Shown: positions 38,322 to 48,254, counted from the first letter of the stretch. The stretch: DNA of 64,000 nt from Candidatus Shapirobacteria bacterium (GCA_020059745.1 JAGVBK010000004.1:242511-306510); one strand, 5' to 3'. The notes: generated by a model not told the origin, from the letters alone. A program made the numbers and translations.

Positions 38322-40577
38322 TTAGCTTCTAAAGCGTAGTTTAATATAATCCTGTGCTTGTGAGCCTTGCAGTTCAGAGGTAGAGTTACCAGCACGGACA
38401 TAGAAGCGCTGACTTTGACCGTCCTTAACGTAGATAGGTACTCTAGATGGCAAGCAATCTATAGCCAGCATACGCTTGCCCTCATGGTCTTCAAATCTTG
38501 GGTGGAGGTATACCGTCCAATGTGAGCCTATCCTGTCATTAAGCAGATTTACTAAATGTAAATGTAATTTATCATCGTTTTCAAAGCCGTCTACACTTAA
38601 ACCTAATGCTTCTTTATCGTCTGAAACACCGATTAGAAGCGTCCCACCTTTACTATTTAGAAAACCAGCAATAGTTTTTAGTACGCTTAGTTCTATTCTT
38701 GGGTCTGGTTGTCCAGTATGCAAATTGGTTCTTAGAGTGGACTTAAACTCAACTGCACCCGTCTCACCTTGCGCAATAATATCAGCGATTGATAAATGAG
38801 ATATTTCATCTTCTTGTTTTAGGTCTGATTTTAGCTTGTGGTATGCGTCTGCAATTATCTGTGAAATACGCTCTCTTCTTCTCATTAAAAACTCTCTGTA
38901 CTCCATTTCTTCCCAATTATCTGGGAGACCGTGCCAGTAATACATCTTTTTAATTTCTTGAGGTGAAAAGCGAGATACTATTTGTGGTACATACTCCTTA
39001 GGGTCTGTATCAGAAATTGCGGAGTTATCATTCCATTCCACAATTGCATAGTTAGCAATTTGGTTAGTGTCTCTAAGGTCTATTATGCCTTGGGTTTTTA
39101 GATATGCTTTGGGGTACAGATGATGTCTCTCCAGAGCCGAGCGAGTGGACTTAATGGAAGCGTCTATTAAATCTGCAACTTTTTGCTTTGAAAATAATGC
39201 GTCTGCCTCTAGTAACACCAACGAAGCATAAAAGGCAAAAAGAGACGGGCTACGTGGTGAGGATGTAGCAAGGCTATTTGGTAAATTGATAGACCAATAG
39301 TCATCCGTAAATACTTCCGCACAAATACGCTCTAACTCACCTATAAACTCGTCTGCCTCTATTACATTTCTAAACCGTGCTAAATCAAACTCCATAGCGC
39401 TCTCTGGAGAGCCTGTAAATCGTCCTGTTAAGCTGGACATAAAGAACCAACGGGCGATTACTTGCCTTAACTTAAACTCTTCTACCTTGTACTCTGTACG
39501 CCCGATAAGGTAGAGAGTATAGGCAAACATTAAATTAGTCTGAGAACTTATGTAGTCACTATTACGGTAGCCAGATAGTGCTATAGCTTTGAGGAAATCG
39601 TGCCAGTAGGTAAGGTTTAATACACGGGATTGGGCATTCTTTAGTATTTCAAATTGGTCAATTCTTCTTTGCTCACTAAACTCACCCGTCTCCAAGTCCT
39701 TACCTCTTAAGATTGAATAGACGTAGTGCAATCTTGCTCTCTTAAAGCCTAAGCCAACACTTACTCTTAGCAATTGGTCTGGGTCTGGTTGAGAAACTAA
39801 ATTATAAGGGGATGGCTGACCAGTTGAGGGAGTTTTTGCCATACGGCAAAAGTCCTCTAGCATAGTCCTACCCTCATCCCAGAATACGGACATTAAAGTA
39901 AGAATAAAATCTGACTGATTAAGTGGTTTACCCTCACTATTTATACGGACAAATATCTCTGCCACTTGCTCCTCTGTAATAGCAGACGATAATTCCAATG
40001 CCGTAAAAGGGAAATTAAGTAGGTTAGATAGTCGTGTAATTGACTGTCGTATTTTCTTTACATCTTCTGGCGTAAGGTTAGCAACCTCCTGATTATTCTG
40101 GATATACGTATCTACAAGTTCAAAAATATCTGTAGATTTATTCCAGAGCATGGAGATATTGGGGATATAAGACCTATCTTTTTTAATGGCGGCGTCCGAA
40201 ACTGCAAAGCGTTCCGTGATAGGATTAAATGATATTTCTATCTTTTCCTTTTGGTAATTTTCTCTCACCACCTCTACACCTTGGATAACGGCAAAGAGTG
40301 ATGTAAGTCTTTGTTGACCATCTACAATAAGTAATCTTGCAGGTTTTTGCTTGGTGTCTGCTCCAATTTGTCTTGCTTCCTCAACAAAAGCATTTTGCCA
40401 AAATAGTAAGTAGCCAATGGGGTAACCCCGATACATACTGTCAAAGAGGTCTCTAACTTTGGTATCTTTCCAGACAAAAGGTCGCTGTATGTCTGGCAAG
40501 CCTATTTCGCCCATCTCAATATAGTTGACGAGCGTACCCAAGTCGTAGCGTACTTCTTTGAATAATCTATCTGCCAT
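38322..40577 (-). CDS. GmrSD-family type IV restriction-like nuclease (DUF262 + DUF1524) fused to a C-terminal AlbA_2/Schlafen-like domain
   Basis: DUF262 motifs IQRPFVW and DGQQRLTSL; HNH-like DUF1524 segment ERHHLYPKAYL...NYAIVEWNDN; C-terminal GETGAVEFKSTL...IAGFLNSKGGTLLIGVSDD AlbA_2 signature. Confidence 0.7.
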   Translation of the reverse strand: MADRLFKEVRYDLGTLVNYIEMGEIGLPDIQRPFVWKDTKVRDLFDSMYRGYPIGYLLFWQNAFVEEARQIGADTKQKPARLLIVDGQQRLTSLFAVIQGVEVVRENYQKEKIEISFNPITERFAVSDAAIKKDRSYIPNISMLWNKSTDIFELVDTYIQNNQEVANLTPEDVKKIRQSITRLSNLLNFPFTALELSSAITEEQVAEIFVRINSEGKPLNQSDFILTLMSVFWDEGRTMLEDFCRMAKTPSTGQPSPYNLVSQPDPDQLLRVSVGLGFKRARLHYVYSILRGKDLETGEFSEQRRIDQFEILKNAQSRVLNLTYWHDFLKAIALSGYRNSDYISSQTNLMFAYTLYLIGRTEYKVEEFKLRQVIARWFFMSSLTGRFTGSPESAMEFDLARFRNVIEADEFIGELERICAEVFTDDYWSINLPNSLATSSPRSPSLFAFYASLVLLEADALFSKQKVADLIDASIKSTRSALERHHLYPKAYLKTQGIIDLRDTNQIANYAIVEWNDNSAISDTDPKEYVPQIVSRFSPQEIKKMYYWHGLPDNWEEMEYREFLMRRRERISQIIADAYHKLKSDLKQEDEISHLSIADIIAQGETGAVEFKSTLRTNLHTGQPDPRIELSVLKTIAGFLNSKGGTLLIGVSDDKEALGLSVDGFENDDKLHLHLVNLLNDRIGSHWTVYLHPRFEDHEGKRMLAIDCLPSRVPIYVKDGQSQRFYVRAGNSTSELQGSQAQDYIKLRFRS

Positions 40578-40671
40578 ATTTATCTTTATAACTATAGTCC
40601 AAAGTCTTTAACACTTGTATTTAATCGGTTGATTTTTTGTAACAAATGCTAAATAATGATAAATAGATTAT

Positions 40672-40839
40672 ATGGCAAAAGATGACCTTTTTTCAATAGA
40701 AGAAGTAGCTAAAACGCTTAAAGTCTCATACATAACCGTTTACAGGTGGATTAGGGCTAACAAACTGCCGTCTGTTAAGGCGGGTAAGCAATATAGAATA
40801 AAAAAAGTAGACCTAGACGCTTTTCTAAAAGTTAAATAA
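40672..40839 (+). CDS. Excisionase/AlpA-family helix-turn-helix protein (HTH_17-like)
   Basis: 55 aa; SIEEVAKTLKVSYITVYRWIRANKLPSVKAGKQYRIKKVDLDAF matches the excisionase-family HTH pattern; not in the ORF track (under 60 aa). Confidence 0.55.
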   Translation: MAKDDLFSIEEVAKTLKVSYITVYRWIRANKLPSVKAGKQYRIKKVDLDAFLKVK

Positions 40840-40847
40840 AGATAAAT

Positions 40848-42698
40848 ATGAGCGACCAAAACAACAAAATTAACAAAAAAGTTGAAATTGACTTGAGTGA
40901 GCTACTTAAAAAGGATGCTCCCTATCTTGTAGAAGATGGCAAGGTAAACATAGAAAAATTAAAAAGCTTACTAACTGGCAAAACTACCGAAAAAGAAGAC
41001 GATAGATTTTATTTTAACTGGGCTGGCAAGGATAAAGTTTTCCAAGCAATCCAAGCACCCGCATTCTCAACTCTAGCGCCTCAAAAGGACAAATCTATTG
41101 GTTGGGACGAGACCGAGAACTTAATGATAGTAGGTGAAAATCTAGAGACCTTAAAACTCCTCCTAAAACCCTACTTTGGCAAAGTTAAAATCATTTATAT
41201 TGACCCACCCTACAACACAGGTAAAGACTTTATCTACAAAGACGACTTTTCCGCACCTCTTAAAGACTACCTAGAGCGTACGGGACAAAAAGGAACCGCT
41301 GGAGAAAGACTAACGACTAATTCAGAAACTAACGGGCGCTACCATTCCGACTGGCTTAATTTCATGTACCCTCGTTTATTTATGGCTAGAAATCTACTAC
41401 GTGAAGATGGACTAATTTTTGTTTCAATTGACGAAAATGAACATCAACATTTAAGAATGCTTATGGATGAGGTTTTTGGCGAAGATAATTTTATTGCAGA
41501 ATTAGTCTGGCAAAAGAAAAAAGGCGGAAGTAATGACGCAAAATACATAGCTTTAGAACATGAGTATGTAATTTTTTATGCAAAAACCAAAACTACATTA
41601 GAAAAATTATTTATACCCCACACTGAAGAATATCTAGAGAGGTACAACCAAGAGGATAAAATAGGGCGTTTTTATTGGGATACATTCAAAAGAAAAAGTG
41701 GAAAGCAGTATTACGCAATAAAAGCACCAGATAATACCAAAATAGAGTTTGATGAAAACAATAACCGTATAAGTTGGTTAAGGTCAGAAAAAAGATTTTT
41801 AGACGACTTAGAAAAGGGTGAGGTTAAGTTTGAAAAAAATGGTGACGGATGGTCTGTGTTATTCAAACAACGGGAGCCAAAGGGTAAAAAACCGAGAAGT
41901 TTAATGACCGACGTAGGAACAACAAGTGCTGGAAGTGATGAGTTGCTGGATATTTTTAAGAAAAACATATTTGATAATCCCAAACCCTCTACACTAATCA
42001 AGCATATTCTAAGCATTTCACAGGATAAAGACGCTGTTGTGTTAGATTTTTTTGCAGGCTCTGGAACTACAGCAAAAGCTGTATATGAACTTAATAAGGA
42101 TGATGAGGGTTTTAGAAAATACATCTTAGTCCAAATCCAAGAGCCAGTAGACATCAGCAAAGAAACTGGCAAAAACGCAAAGGAATTAGGTTTTAATTCT
42201 GTAGATGAAATTTGTGTTGAAAGAATAAAACGAGAAAATGAAAAGCTAAAGGGAAGTAAAGGAGATATTGGGTTTAAGGTGTTTAAGCTATCTCACTCAA
42301 ACTTTAACCTAAAGGAAGAGTTTGAACTAACCGAGAATAAAGACTTGGGAGAGTTAAAAAGTAACTACCTAAAAGAGTTAGGACTTTATGTAGACCAGCC
42401 CACCGTAGCTACAGCAAATACTTTGGATATCGTCTACGAGATAATCTTAAAAAATGGCTTTTCTCTTAACTCCAAAATTGAAGAATTAAAACTAGGGTCT
42501 AATAGTTTCTATAAGGTAAACGACGCCGAAAACGAGCTGGAGATATACATATCTTTAGACGCAAAAATTGAGGATGGGTCTGTAGAGGCTATACGCACCA
42601 CAGAGTACAAAGGCAAGACGTTTGCATTTTATGACAACGCCCTCACCGATAGCCAAAAGATAAACCTCAATACTTTTGTGAAATTGCAGGTAATTTAA
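40848..42698 (+). CDS. mod: Type III restriction-modification Mod subunit (N6-adenine DNA methyltransferase, beta class)
   Basis: Motif IV IYIDPPYN precedes motif I DFFAGSGTT; adjacent to a helicase-nuclease gene. Confidence 0.85.
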   Translation: MSDQNNKINKKVEIDLSELLKKDAPYLVEDGKVNIEKLKSLLTGKTTEKEDDRFYFNWAGKDKVFQAIQAPAFSTLAPQKDKSIGWDETENLMIVGENLETLKLLLKPYFGKVKIIYIDPPYNTGKDFIYKDDFSAPLKDYLERTGQKGTAGERLTTNSETNGRYHSDWLNFMYPRLFMARNLLREDGLIFVSIDENEHQHLRMLMDEVFGEDNFIAELVWQKKKGGSNDAKYIALEHEYVIFYAKTKTTLEKLFIPHTEEYLERYNQEDKIGRFYWDTFKRKSGKQYYAIKAPDNTKIEFDENNNRISWLRSEKRFLDDLEKGEVKFEKNGDGWSVLFKQREPKGKKPRSLMTDVGTTSAGSDELLDIFKKNIFDNPKPSTLIKHILSISQDKDAVVLDFFAGSGTTAKAVYELNKDDEGFRKYILVQIQEPVDISKETGKNAKELGFNSVDEICVERIKRENEKLKGSKGDIGFKVFKLSHSNFNLKEEFELTENKDLGELKSNYLKELGLYVDQPTVATANTLDIVYEIILKNGFSLNSKIEELKLGSNSFYKVNDAENELEIYISLDAKIEDGSVEAIRTTEYKGKTFAFYDNALTDSQKINLNTFVKLQVI

Positions 42699-42701
42699 CC
42701 T

Positions 42702-45308
42702 ATGCTAAAGCTCAAGTTTAACCCCAACCTAGACTATCAACAGGACGCTATAAAAGCTGTAACTGATATTTTTGAGGGACAGGTAAAGGTAGAGAAAAAG
42801 CATATTTTCCAAGTCATACCGAACAAACTTACCTTAGAAAAAGACACACTCCTTACAAACCTCCAGACGGTACAGGAAAACAACCATCTAGCCAAAAGCC
42901 CAGACTTTTCTGTACCCCTTAACGTAACTCTAGAGATGGAAACGGGTACAGGCAAAACCTATGTGTATCTACGCACTATCTTAGAACTTTACCAGAAGTA
43001 CGGGCTATCCAAGTTTATTATCGTCGTCCCTACGGTAGCAATTAAAGAGGGTATTATGAAGTCCCTAGCTATCACCAAAGACCATTTTAAGGGTCTCTAT
43101 AACAACTTATCCTACGAATACTACGAGTATGTATCTACTAAGCTCATGACCGTCCGTATGTTTGCGCAGTCCTCTCACTTGCAAATTATGGTCATCACAA
43201 AAGACGCTTTTAATAAAGATAAAAATATCATCCATAACAACCATGACCGTATGGGCGATAAACCAATTTCGCTTATCCAAAAGACTAACCCTATCGTTAT
43301 TCTAGACGAACCGCAAAAGATGGGCGGAGAGGCTACTCAATGGGGCATAAAAGAGCTTAACCCCTTAATCGTACTTAGATACTCTGCAACCCATAGGGAT
43401 ATTGAAAATCTAGTCTACAAACTTACTCCTTTTGACGCCTACGCAAAAGGTTTAGTAAAAAAGATTGAGTTAGCAACCGTCGTAGAGGAAAGCGACCCAA
43501 ACACTAAAAAAATTATCCTAGAAAACATCTACTCCTCTGGAAGTAGCCTAAAGGCAAAGTTAAAGGTTTTCATAAAGCAAGCGACGTCTGTACAACTAAA
43601 AACCATTACCGTAGGCTCTGGTGATAACTTGGCTACTAAGTCAAAAAATCCCTACTATGATGGGTTTACCGTTTCTGAAATTAACCTAGGCAATAACTAT
43701 ATCCTCTTCTCAAACGGATTAAAGGTACACGTAGGACAATCGTCCGTAAATGAGGATGAGATTGTACGAATGATGGTACGAGAGATAGTCTTAGAACACT
43801 TGGAAAAAAAGCGCAAGTTTAACCCTCTGGGAATTAAGACCCTTTCTCTCTTCTTTATCCACCGTGTAGACGATTATTTACCCGCCGACGGCTGGCTACG
43901 GAAAATGTTTGAGGAAGAGTACCAAAAGGCTACTAGCACCAATTACCAAGAGTTTAAGACCGCCAGACCAGATAAGGTACATTCTGGGTACTTTTCCGAG
44001 ATGAAAAAAACCTCATCTATAGAAAATGACGAAAAAGCATATGAGCTGATTATGAAAGATAAGGAAAAACTACTCTCCTTAGATAACCCCGTGGAGTTTA
44101 TCTTTTCCCATTCTGCCTTACGTGAGGGCTGGGACAACCCAAATATCTTTAATATCTGCACCCTTGCCTACTCAACCTCTGATATTAAAAAAAGGCAGGA
44201 AATTGGACGTGGGCTACGTTTGGTTGTAAACCAGCAGGGAGACCGCATTTACGACCGAGATATAAACGTACTTACCGTAGTTACCAACGAAAGCTACCAG
44301 AATTATGTATCTGAATTGCAGACCGAGTTTAGGGATGAAGCAGGAGAAAGCGCCCCACCTGTAGAGCATAAGAAAAAACGAGTTAGCCTAACCCTAAAAG
44401 ATGACGCATTAGCTAACAAGAGCTTCCAAAGCCTTTGGAAGCTACTAGCAAAAAGGGCTAAGTTTGTTGTCTCTATGCAAGAAGAGGAAATAATCAGTAA
44501 GTGTGTAGATGAAATTAACAAAATTGACGAAAGTAATATCCGAGAGATACGGGTACACATTACTAAAACAGGTATAGACACGCTTCTCTTGGATGACATT
44601 AGGGGTAATATCGTAAGCGACCGAAGCTACGAAATCGGAGCCACCAAGCAACTACCTAACATTATTGCCCTCCTCCAAGCTGATACTAAGCTCACAAAGA
44701 AAACCCTACTAGCCATACTGCAAAAGGTAAATAATTTTGACCTGTTTTTCAAAAACTCCTACCAGTATGCAAGCCTCGTTTCCTACGCCATTAAAACCGT
44801 CATATCAGACCTAGCCTCTAAAGGTATTAGCTACGTAGAGATTAGCGACGATTACGGGCTATCGCTTTTTAATAAGGAAGTCCAGACCTACGAAAAATAC
44901 CTAGTAAAGCTAGAGAGTGCCAAAACGCTCTACAAAACAACCAACAACGGACAAAAGGACGCCGTGATAATTGACCCCAGTCCGTCTTTAGAGGGCGTAT
45001 CACAACCAGAAAAAAGGTTTGCCGAGAACGCAGACCGTAACGATACCGTTAAGTTTTTCTTTAAGCTCCCAGATACTTACTCTATAGCTACCCCAGCAGG
45101 GCAATATACGCCAGATTGGGCGGTAGTAGTGGAAAATGGCGACCATAACCAAGTCTATTTTGTAGCTGAAACCAAGGATACTAATAACATTAGTAGTCTC
45201 CGTCAAGAAGAGCAAATAAAAATACTCTCTGCACGGGCTATGTTTAAGGAAATCATGCCAGAGGTCGTTTTCAAAGCTCCCGTAAGCGAGTTTAGCGACC
45301 TTTCATGA
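42702..45308 (+). CDS. res: Type III restriction enzyme Res subunit (SF2 helicase + PD-(D/E)xK nuclease)
   Basis: Walker A ETGTGKTY; DEAH-like ILDEPQK; C-terminal PDW...VAETKD nuclease motif. Confidence 0.8.
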   Translation: MLKLKFNPNLDYQQDAIKAVTDIFEGQVKVEKKHIFQVIPNKLTLEKDTLLTNLQTVQENNHLAKSPDFSVPLNVTLEMETGTGKTYVYLRTILELYQKYGLSKFIIVVPTVAIKEGIMKSLAITKDHFKGLYNNLSYEYYEYVSTKLMTVRMFAQSSHLQIMVITKDAFNKDKNIIHNNHDRMGDKPISLIQKTNPIVILDEPQKMGGEATQWGIKELNPLIVLRYSATHRDIENLVYKLTPFDAYAKGLVKKIELATVVEESDPNTKKIILENIYSSGSSLKAKLKVFIKQATSVQLKTITVGSGDNLATKSKNPYYDGFTVSEINLGNNYILFSNGLKVHVGQSSVNEDEIVRMMVREIVLEHLEKKRKFNPLGIKTLSLFFIHRVDDYLPADGWLRKMFEEEYQKATSTNYQEFKTARPDKVHSGYFSEMKKTSSIENDEKAYELIMKDKEKLLSLDNPVEFIFSHSALREGWDNPNIFNICTLAYSTSDIKKRQEIGRGLRLVVNQQGDRIYDRDINVLTVVTNESYQNYVSELQTEFRDEAGESAPPVEHKKKRVSLTLKDDALANKSFQSLWKLLAKRAKFVVSMQEEEIISKCVDEINKIDESNIREIRVHITKTGIDTLLLDDIRGNIVSDRSYEIGATKQLPNIIALLQADTKLTKKTLLAILQKVNNFDLFFKNSYQYASLVSYAIKTVISDLASKGISYVEISDDYGLSLFNKEVQTYEKYLVKLESAKTLYKTTNNGQKDAVIIDPSPSLEGVSQPEKRFAENADRNDTVKFFFKLPDTYSIATPAGQYTPDWAVVVENGDHNQVYFVAETKDTNNISSLRQEEQIKILSARAMFKEIMPEVVFKAPVSEFSDLS

Positions 45309-45469
45309 TTAGTCAAAAAAGTGTAGACGAGTTAAAGAAGATATTTAAGGAGGAGTACAAATCCGACTTAACAGACGAGGAAGCCAAGGAAACGGGTCAA
45401 AAGTTGGTGGACTACTTTAGTCTTTTAATAGAGATTGATAAAAAGGCTAAAATTGTTAGGAAAAAATGA
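45305..45469 (+). CDS. Hypothetical 54-aa protein overlapping the res stop (ATGA)
   Basis: Open frame with start-stop overlap coupling; no recognizable family. Confidence 0.25.
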   Translation: MISQKSVDELKKIFKEEYKSDLTDEEAKETGQKLVDYFSLLIEIDKKAKIVRKK

Positions 45470-45478
45470 AATATAAAT

Positions 45479-47035
45479 ATGTATGAAGATACAGAAGAAA
45501 TTGACATTACTAAACTCAAATACGTGCTGTATGCCCGCAAGTCCACGGATGACAGCTCCCGCCAGTTAAGGTCTATTGACGACCAAATAGCCGAATGTTT
45601 AGCACTTGCAAGGAGGCTAAATCTTAATGTTTCTCAACCCATAATAGAAACCAAATCTGCTAAAAGACCTAATCAACGCCCCTTATTTAGACAAATCCTA
45701 AGTGATATTAGAAAAGGCGTCTATGATGGTATCTTGGCGTGGAACCCAGACCGCCTTGCACGAAATATGAAAGAAGGTGGAGAAATCATAGACATGATAG
45801 ATGAAGGGTATATAAAAGACCTCAAGTTTGTCACCCACCATTTCACAAGCGACGCTAACGGAAAAATGTTACTTGGTATGGCTTTTGTGTTATCAAAACA
45901 ATACTCTGACGACCTTTCCCAAAAAGTTACCCGTGGAGTACGCAGGAGTTTTGCAGAGGGTAAGTCCCCAGTCCCTAAACATGGGTATATAAGAGACGAG
46001 AACGGCGTATATGTACCCGACCCAGTTACCTATCCTTTGATTGTTAAAGCATGGGAAATGCGAGCAGAGGGAACGAGCATAGAAGAAATTGTTAAATACT
46101 TAAATGACAACAGCTATAGACGTATTGTCAAAAAATCAGGTCGTAAAGTCAAAATGACGAAACAAATCCTTAGCGACCTGTTTAACGACCCTTTTTACTA
46201 TGGTGTCCTAATGCAAGCAGGAGGAGAAGCAGACTTAATAAACCTTAATAACTTCCAACCAGCTATAGATAAGGCTACGTATATTAAAGTACAAAGTCTA
46301 GCTTACCGAAAGATTAAGCCTAATAAGCAACATAAAGTAGCCTTTTATCCTTTAAGAGCTATGGTGGTTTGCTTATATTGTGGTAGAAATATGTACGTAG
46401 CACCCTCCACAGGACACACAGGGCAAAGATACCTAAATTACAGGTGTGATAACGATGGTTGTACAAGACCTAAGAAATCCATACGAGCTAAGGTGATTTT
46501 TGATTTTATTTATCAATACCTAGAAGACGGTCTTAATTTTACGGAAGAAGATTACAACCTCTACTACAAAGACCTAGAAAAAATTACAGAAGAAAAGCGT
46601 GAGCAAATTAGAATGAAAATACATTCAAAACGAAGTGTACTACTTAACGCAAGAAGAGACCTTAAAGACCGTGCATTAGCTCTTACCGACTTAAATAACA
46701 AAATTAGCGATACAGTTAGGAAAGTAACAGAGGATAAAATAGCTGAATTGAAAAACCTAGAAATAGACTTAACTGAGGAGATTGCTGAACTAGAGAAGCA
46801 AATTAGAGACCCCGAAGAGGACAGACTGACCCTCCAGCAATTCTTGAACTTGTCAAAAAATGCCTCTGTTATCGTCCAATCTGCCGATGTGGTAGTGAAA
46901 GATGAGATATGCCGACTTATATTCTTGAACTTAACAGTTGATGAGGAGAAAGTGGCGTCATATCAACTAAAAGAACCGTTTGCGACACTCCTAAAACACC
47001 GCCAAATCGTATCTAGTCGGGGAAGCGGGACTTGA
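45479..47035 (+). CDS. Large serine recombinase (resolvase/invertase N-terminal domain + recombinase domain + zinc ribbon + coiled coil)
   Basis: YARKSTDDSS...SIDDQ catalytic-serine motif, DRLARN, zinc ribbon CLYCGRN...YRCDNDGC, C-terminal coiled coil. Confidence 0.85.
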   Translation: MYEDTEEIDITKLKYVLYARKSTDDSSRQLRSIDDQIAECLALARRLNLNVSQPIIETKSAKRPNQRPLFRQILSDIRKGVYDGILAWNPDRLARNMKEGGEIIDMIDEGYIKDLKFVTHHFTSDANGKMLLGMAFVLSKQYSDDLSQKVTRGVRRSFAEGKSPVPKHGYIRDENGVYVPDPVTYPLIVKAWEMRAEGTSIEEIVKYLNDNSYRRIVKKSGRKVKMTKQILSDLFNDPFYYGVLMQAGGEADLINLNNFQPAIDKATYIKVQSLAYRKIKPNKQHKVAFYPLRAMVVCLYCGRNMYVAPSTGHTGQRYLNYRCDNDGCTRPKKSIRAKVIFDFIYQYLEDGLNFTEEDYNLYYKDLEKITEEKREQIRMKIHSKRSVLLNARRDLKDRALALTDLNNKISDTVRKVTEDKIAELKNLEIDLTEEIAELEKQIRDPEEDRLTLQQFLNLSKNASVIVQSADVVVKDEICRLIFLNLTVDEEKVASYQLKEPFATLLKHRQIVSSRGSGT

Positions 47036-47089
47036 ACCCACGACCTCACGCACCCCATGCGTGCGCGCTACCAACTGCGCCATTCCCCG
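47017..47089 (-). tRNA. tRNA-Pro (anticodon GGG)
   Basis: Minus-strand cloverleaf: acceptor CGGGGAA/TTCCCCG, D-arm GCGC-AGTTGGTA-GCGC, anticodon arm CACGC-ATGGGGT-GCGTG, T-arm GTGGG-TTCAAGT-CCCGC; the 3' end overlaps the recombinase stop. Confidence 0.85.
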
Positions 47090-47204
47090 TTTTTTATGTT
47101 TTTTTGGAATTTCTCTCTTGTATTTTACCAGGTTTTGTGCCAGAATGTAAGCAAGTTTGAGCCCAGGAGTTAAAATTATGAGTCGACAAAAAAAGGAGAA
47201 CAAC

Positions 47205-48254
47205 ATGACAGATACCGGAACTTCACAAAAACTTCAGGCCATAAAACTGGCTATGGATCAGATCGAAAAACAATACGGTAAGGGTTCAATTATGCGTTTA
47301 GGAGAAAACCCCGCTGGAAAAGTTGCCGCAGAAGTAATTCCCACCGGCACGATTGCTTTAGATATTGCTTTGGGAGTTGGTGGTGTTCCCCGGGGAAGGA
47401 TTGTTGAAATCTATGGGCCTGAAGCTTCGGGAAAAACTACAATTGCTCTTTCCATTGTTGCCCAGGCGCAAAAGATGGGCGGCACCGCTGCTTTCGTTGA
47501 TGCAGAACATGCCATGGATCCGATTTGGGCCCAGGAAATTGGAGTTAATTTAGACGAGCTTTTAGTTTCCCAGCCCGATACTGGCGAACAGGCTTTGGAG
47601 ATTGTGGAAACCTTAGTAAGAAGCGGAGCAGTTGATGTCATTGTGGTTGACTCAGTGGCGGCTTTGGTTCCAAGGGCGGAAATTGAAGGAGAAATGGGAG
47701 ACGCAATGGTTGGTGTTCAGGCGAGGCTTATGTCTCAGGCTTTAAGAAAGCTGACTGGTGCTATTTCTCGTTCAAAATCAGTTGTTATTTTCACTAACCA
47801 GCTTCGCCAAAAAATTGGGGTAATGTTTGGCAACCCCGAAACAACTCCCGGAGGTTTGGCTTTAAAGTTCTATGCCTCAGTAAGAATGGATTCAAGAAAA
47901 ATAGAAACCCTTAAAGAGGGAGACGAAGTTGTTGGCTCCCGCCACAGGGTTAGGGTGGTTAAAAACAAGGTAGCGCCTCCTTTTAAAGTAGCGGAGTTTG
48001 ACATTCTAAGTAACGGCGGAATTTCCCATGTTGGTGGAGTTTTTGATGTGGCGGTTGACCTCGAGGTTATTTCCAAGTCAGGAGCTTTTTACCGTTACGG
48101 CGAAACCATGCTTGGCCAGGGGAAAATAGCTGCAATTGCTTACCTCTCTGAAAACCCGAAGCTTTTAAAGGAAATTGAAGAAAAGCTTTGGAAGGCTGTT
48201 AAGAGCGGCAAGGCAGCAGAAGAAAAGATCATTGGCCAAGAAACCAAAGAGTAA
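47205..48254 (+). CDS. recA: Recombinase A
   Basis: Start at [34 protein letters not shown] with an aaaggag RBS; Walker [10 protein letters not shown]. Confidence 0.97.
   Translation: MTDTGTSQKLQAIKLAMDQIEKQYGKGSIMRLGENPAGKVAAEVIPTGTIALDIALGVGGVPRGRIVEIYGPEASGKTTIALSIVAQAQKMGGTAAFVDAEHAMDPIWAQEIGVNLDELLVSQPDTGEQALEIVETLVRSGAVDVIVVDSVAALVPRAEIEGEMGDAMVGVQARLMSQALRKLTGAISRSKSVVIFTNQLRQKIGVMFGNPETTPGGLALKFYASVRMDSRKIETLKEGDEVVGSRHRVRVVKNKVAPPFKVAEFDILSNGGISHVGGVFDVAVDLEVISKSGAFYRYGETMLGQGKIAAIAYLSENPKLLKEIEEKLWKAVKSGKAAEEKIIGQETKE

Larger units (their letters stand above)
35202..47089. mobile_element. Putative integrated island (about 11.8 kb) bounded by mltG and tRNA-Pro; carries a large serine recombinase and defense cargo
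   Basis: The recombinase gene's 3' end overlaps the tRNA 3' end; codon usage (cta, tac, acg-rich) differs from the host; cargo is R-M and nuclease genes. Confidence 0.55.
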
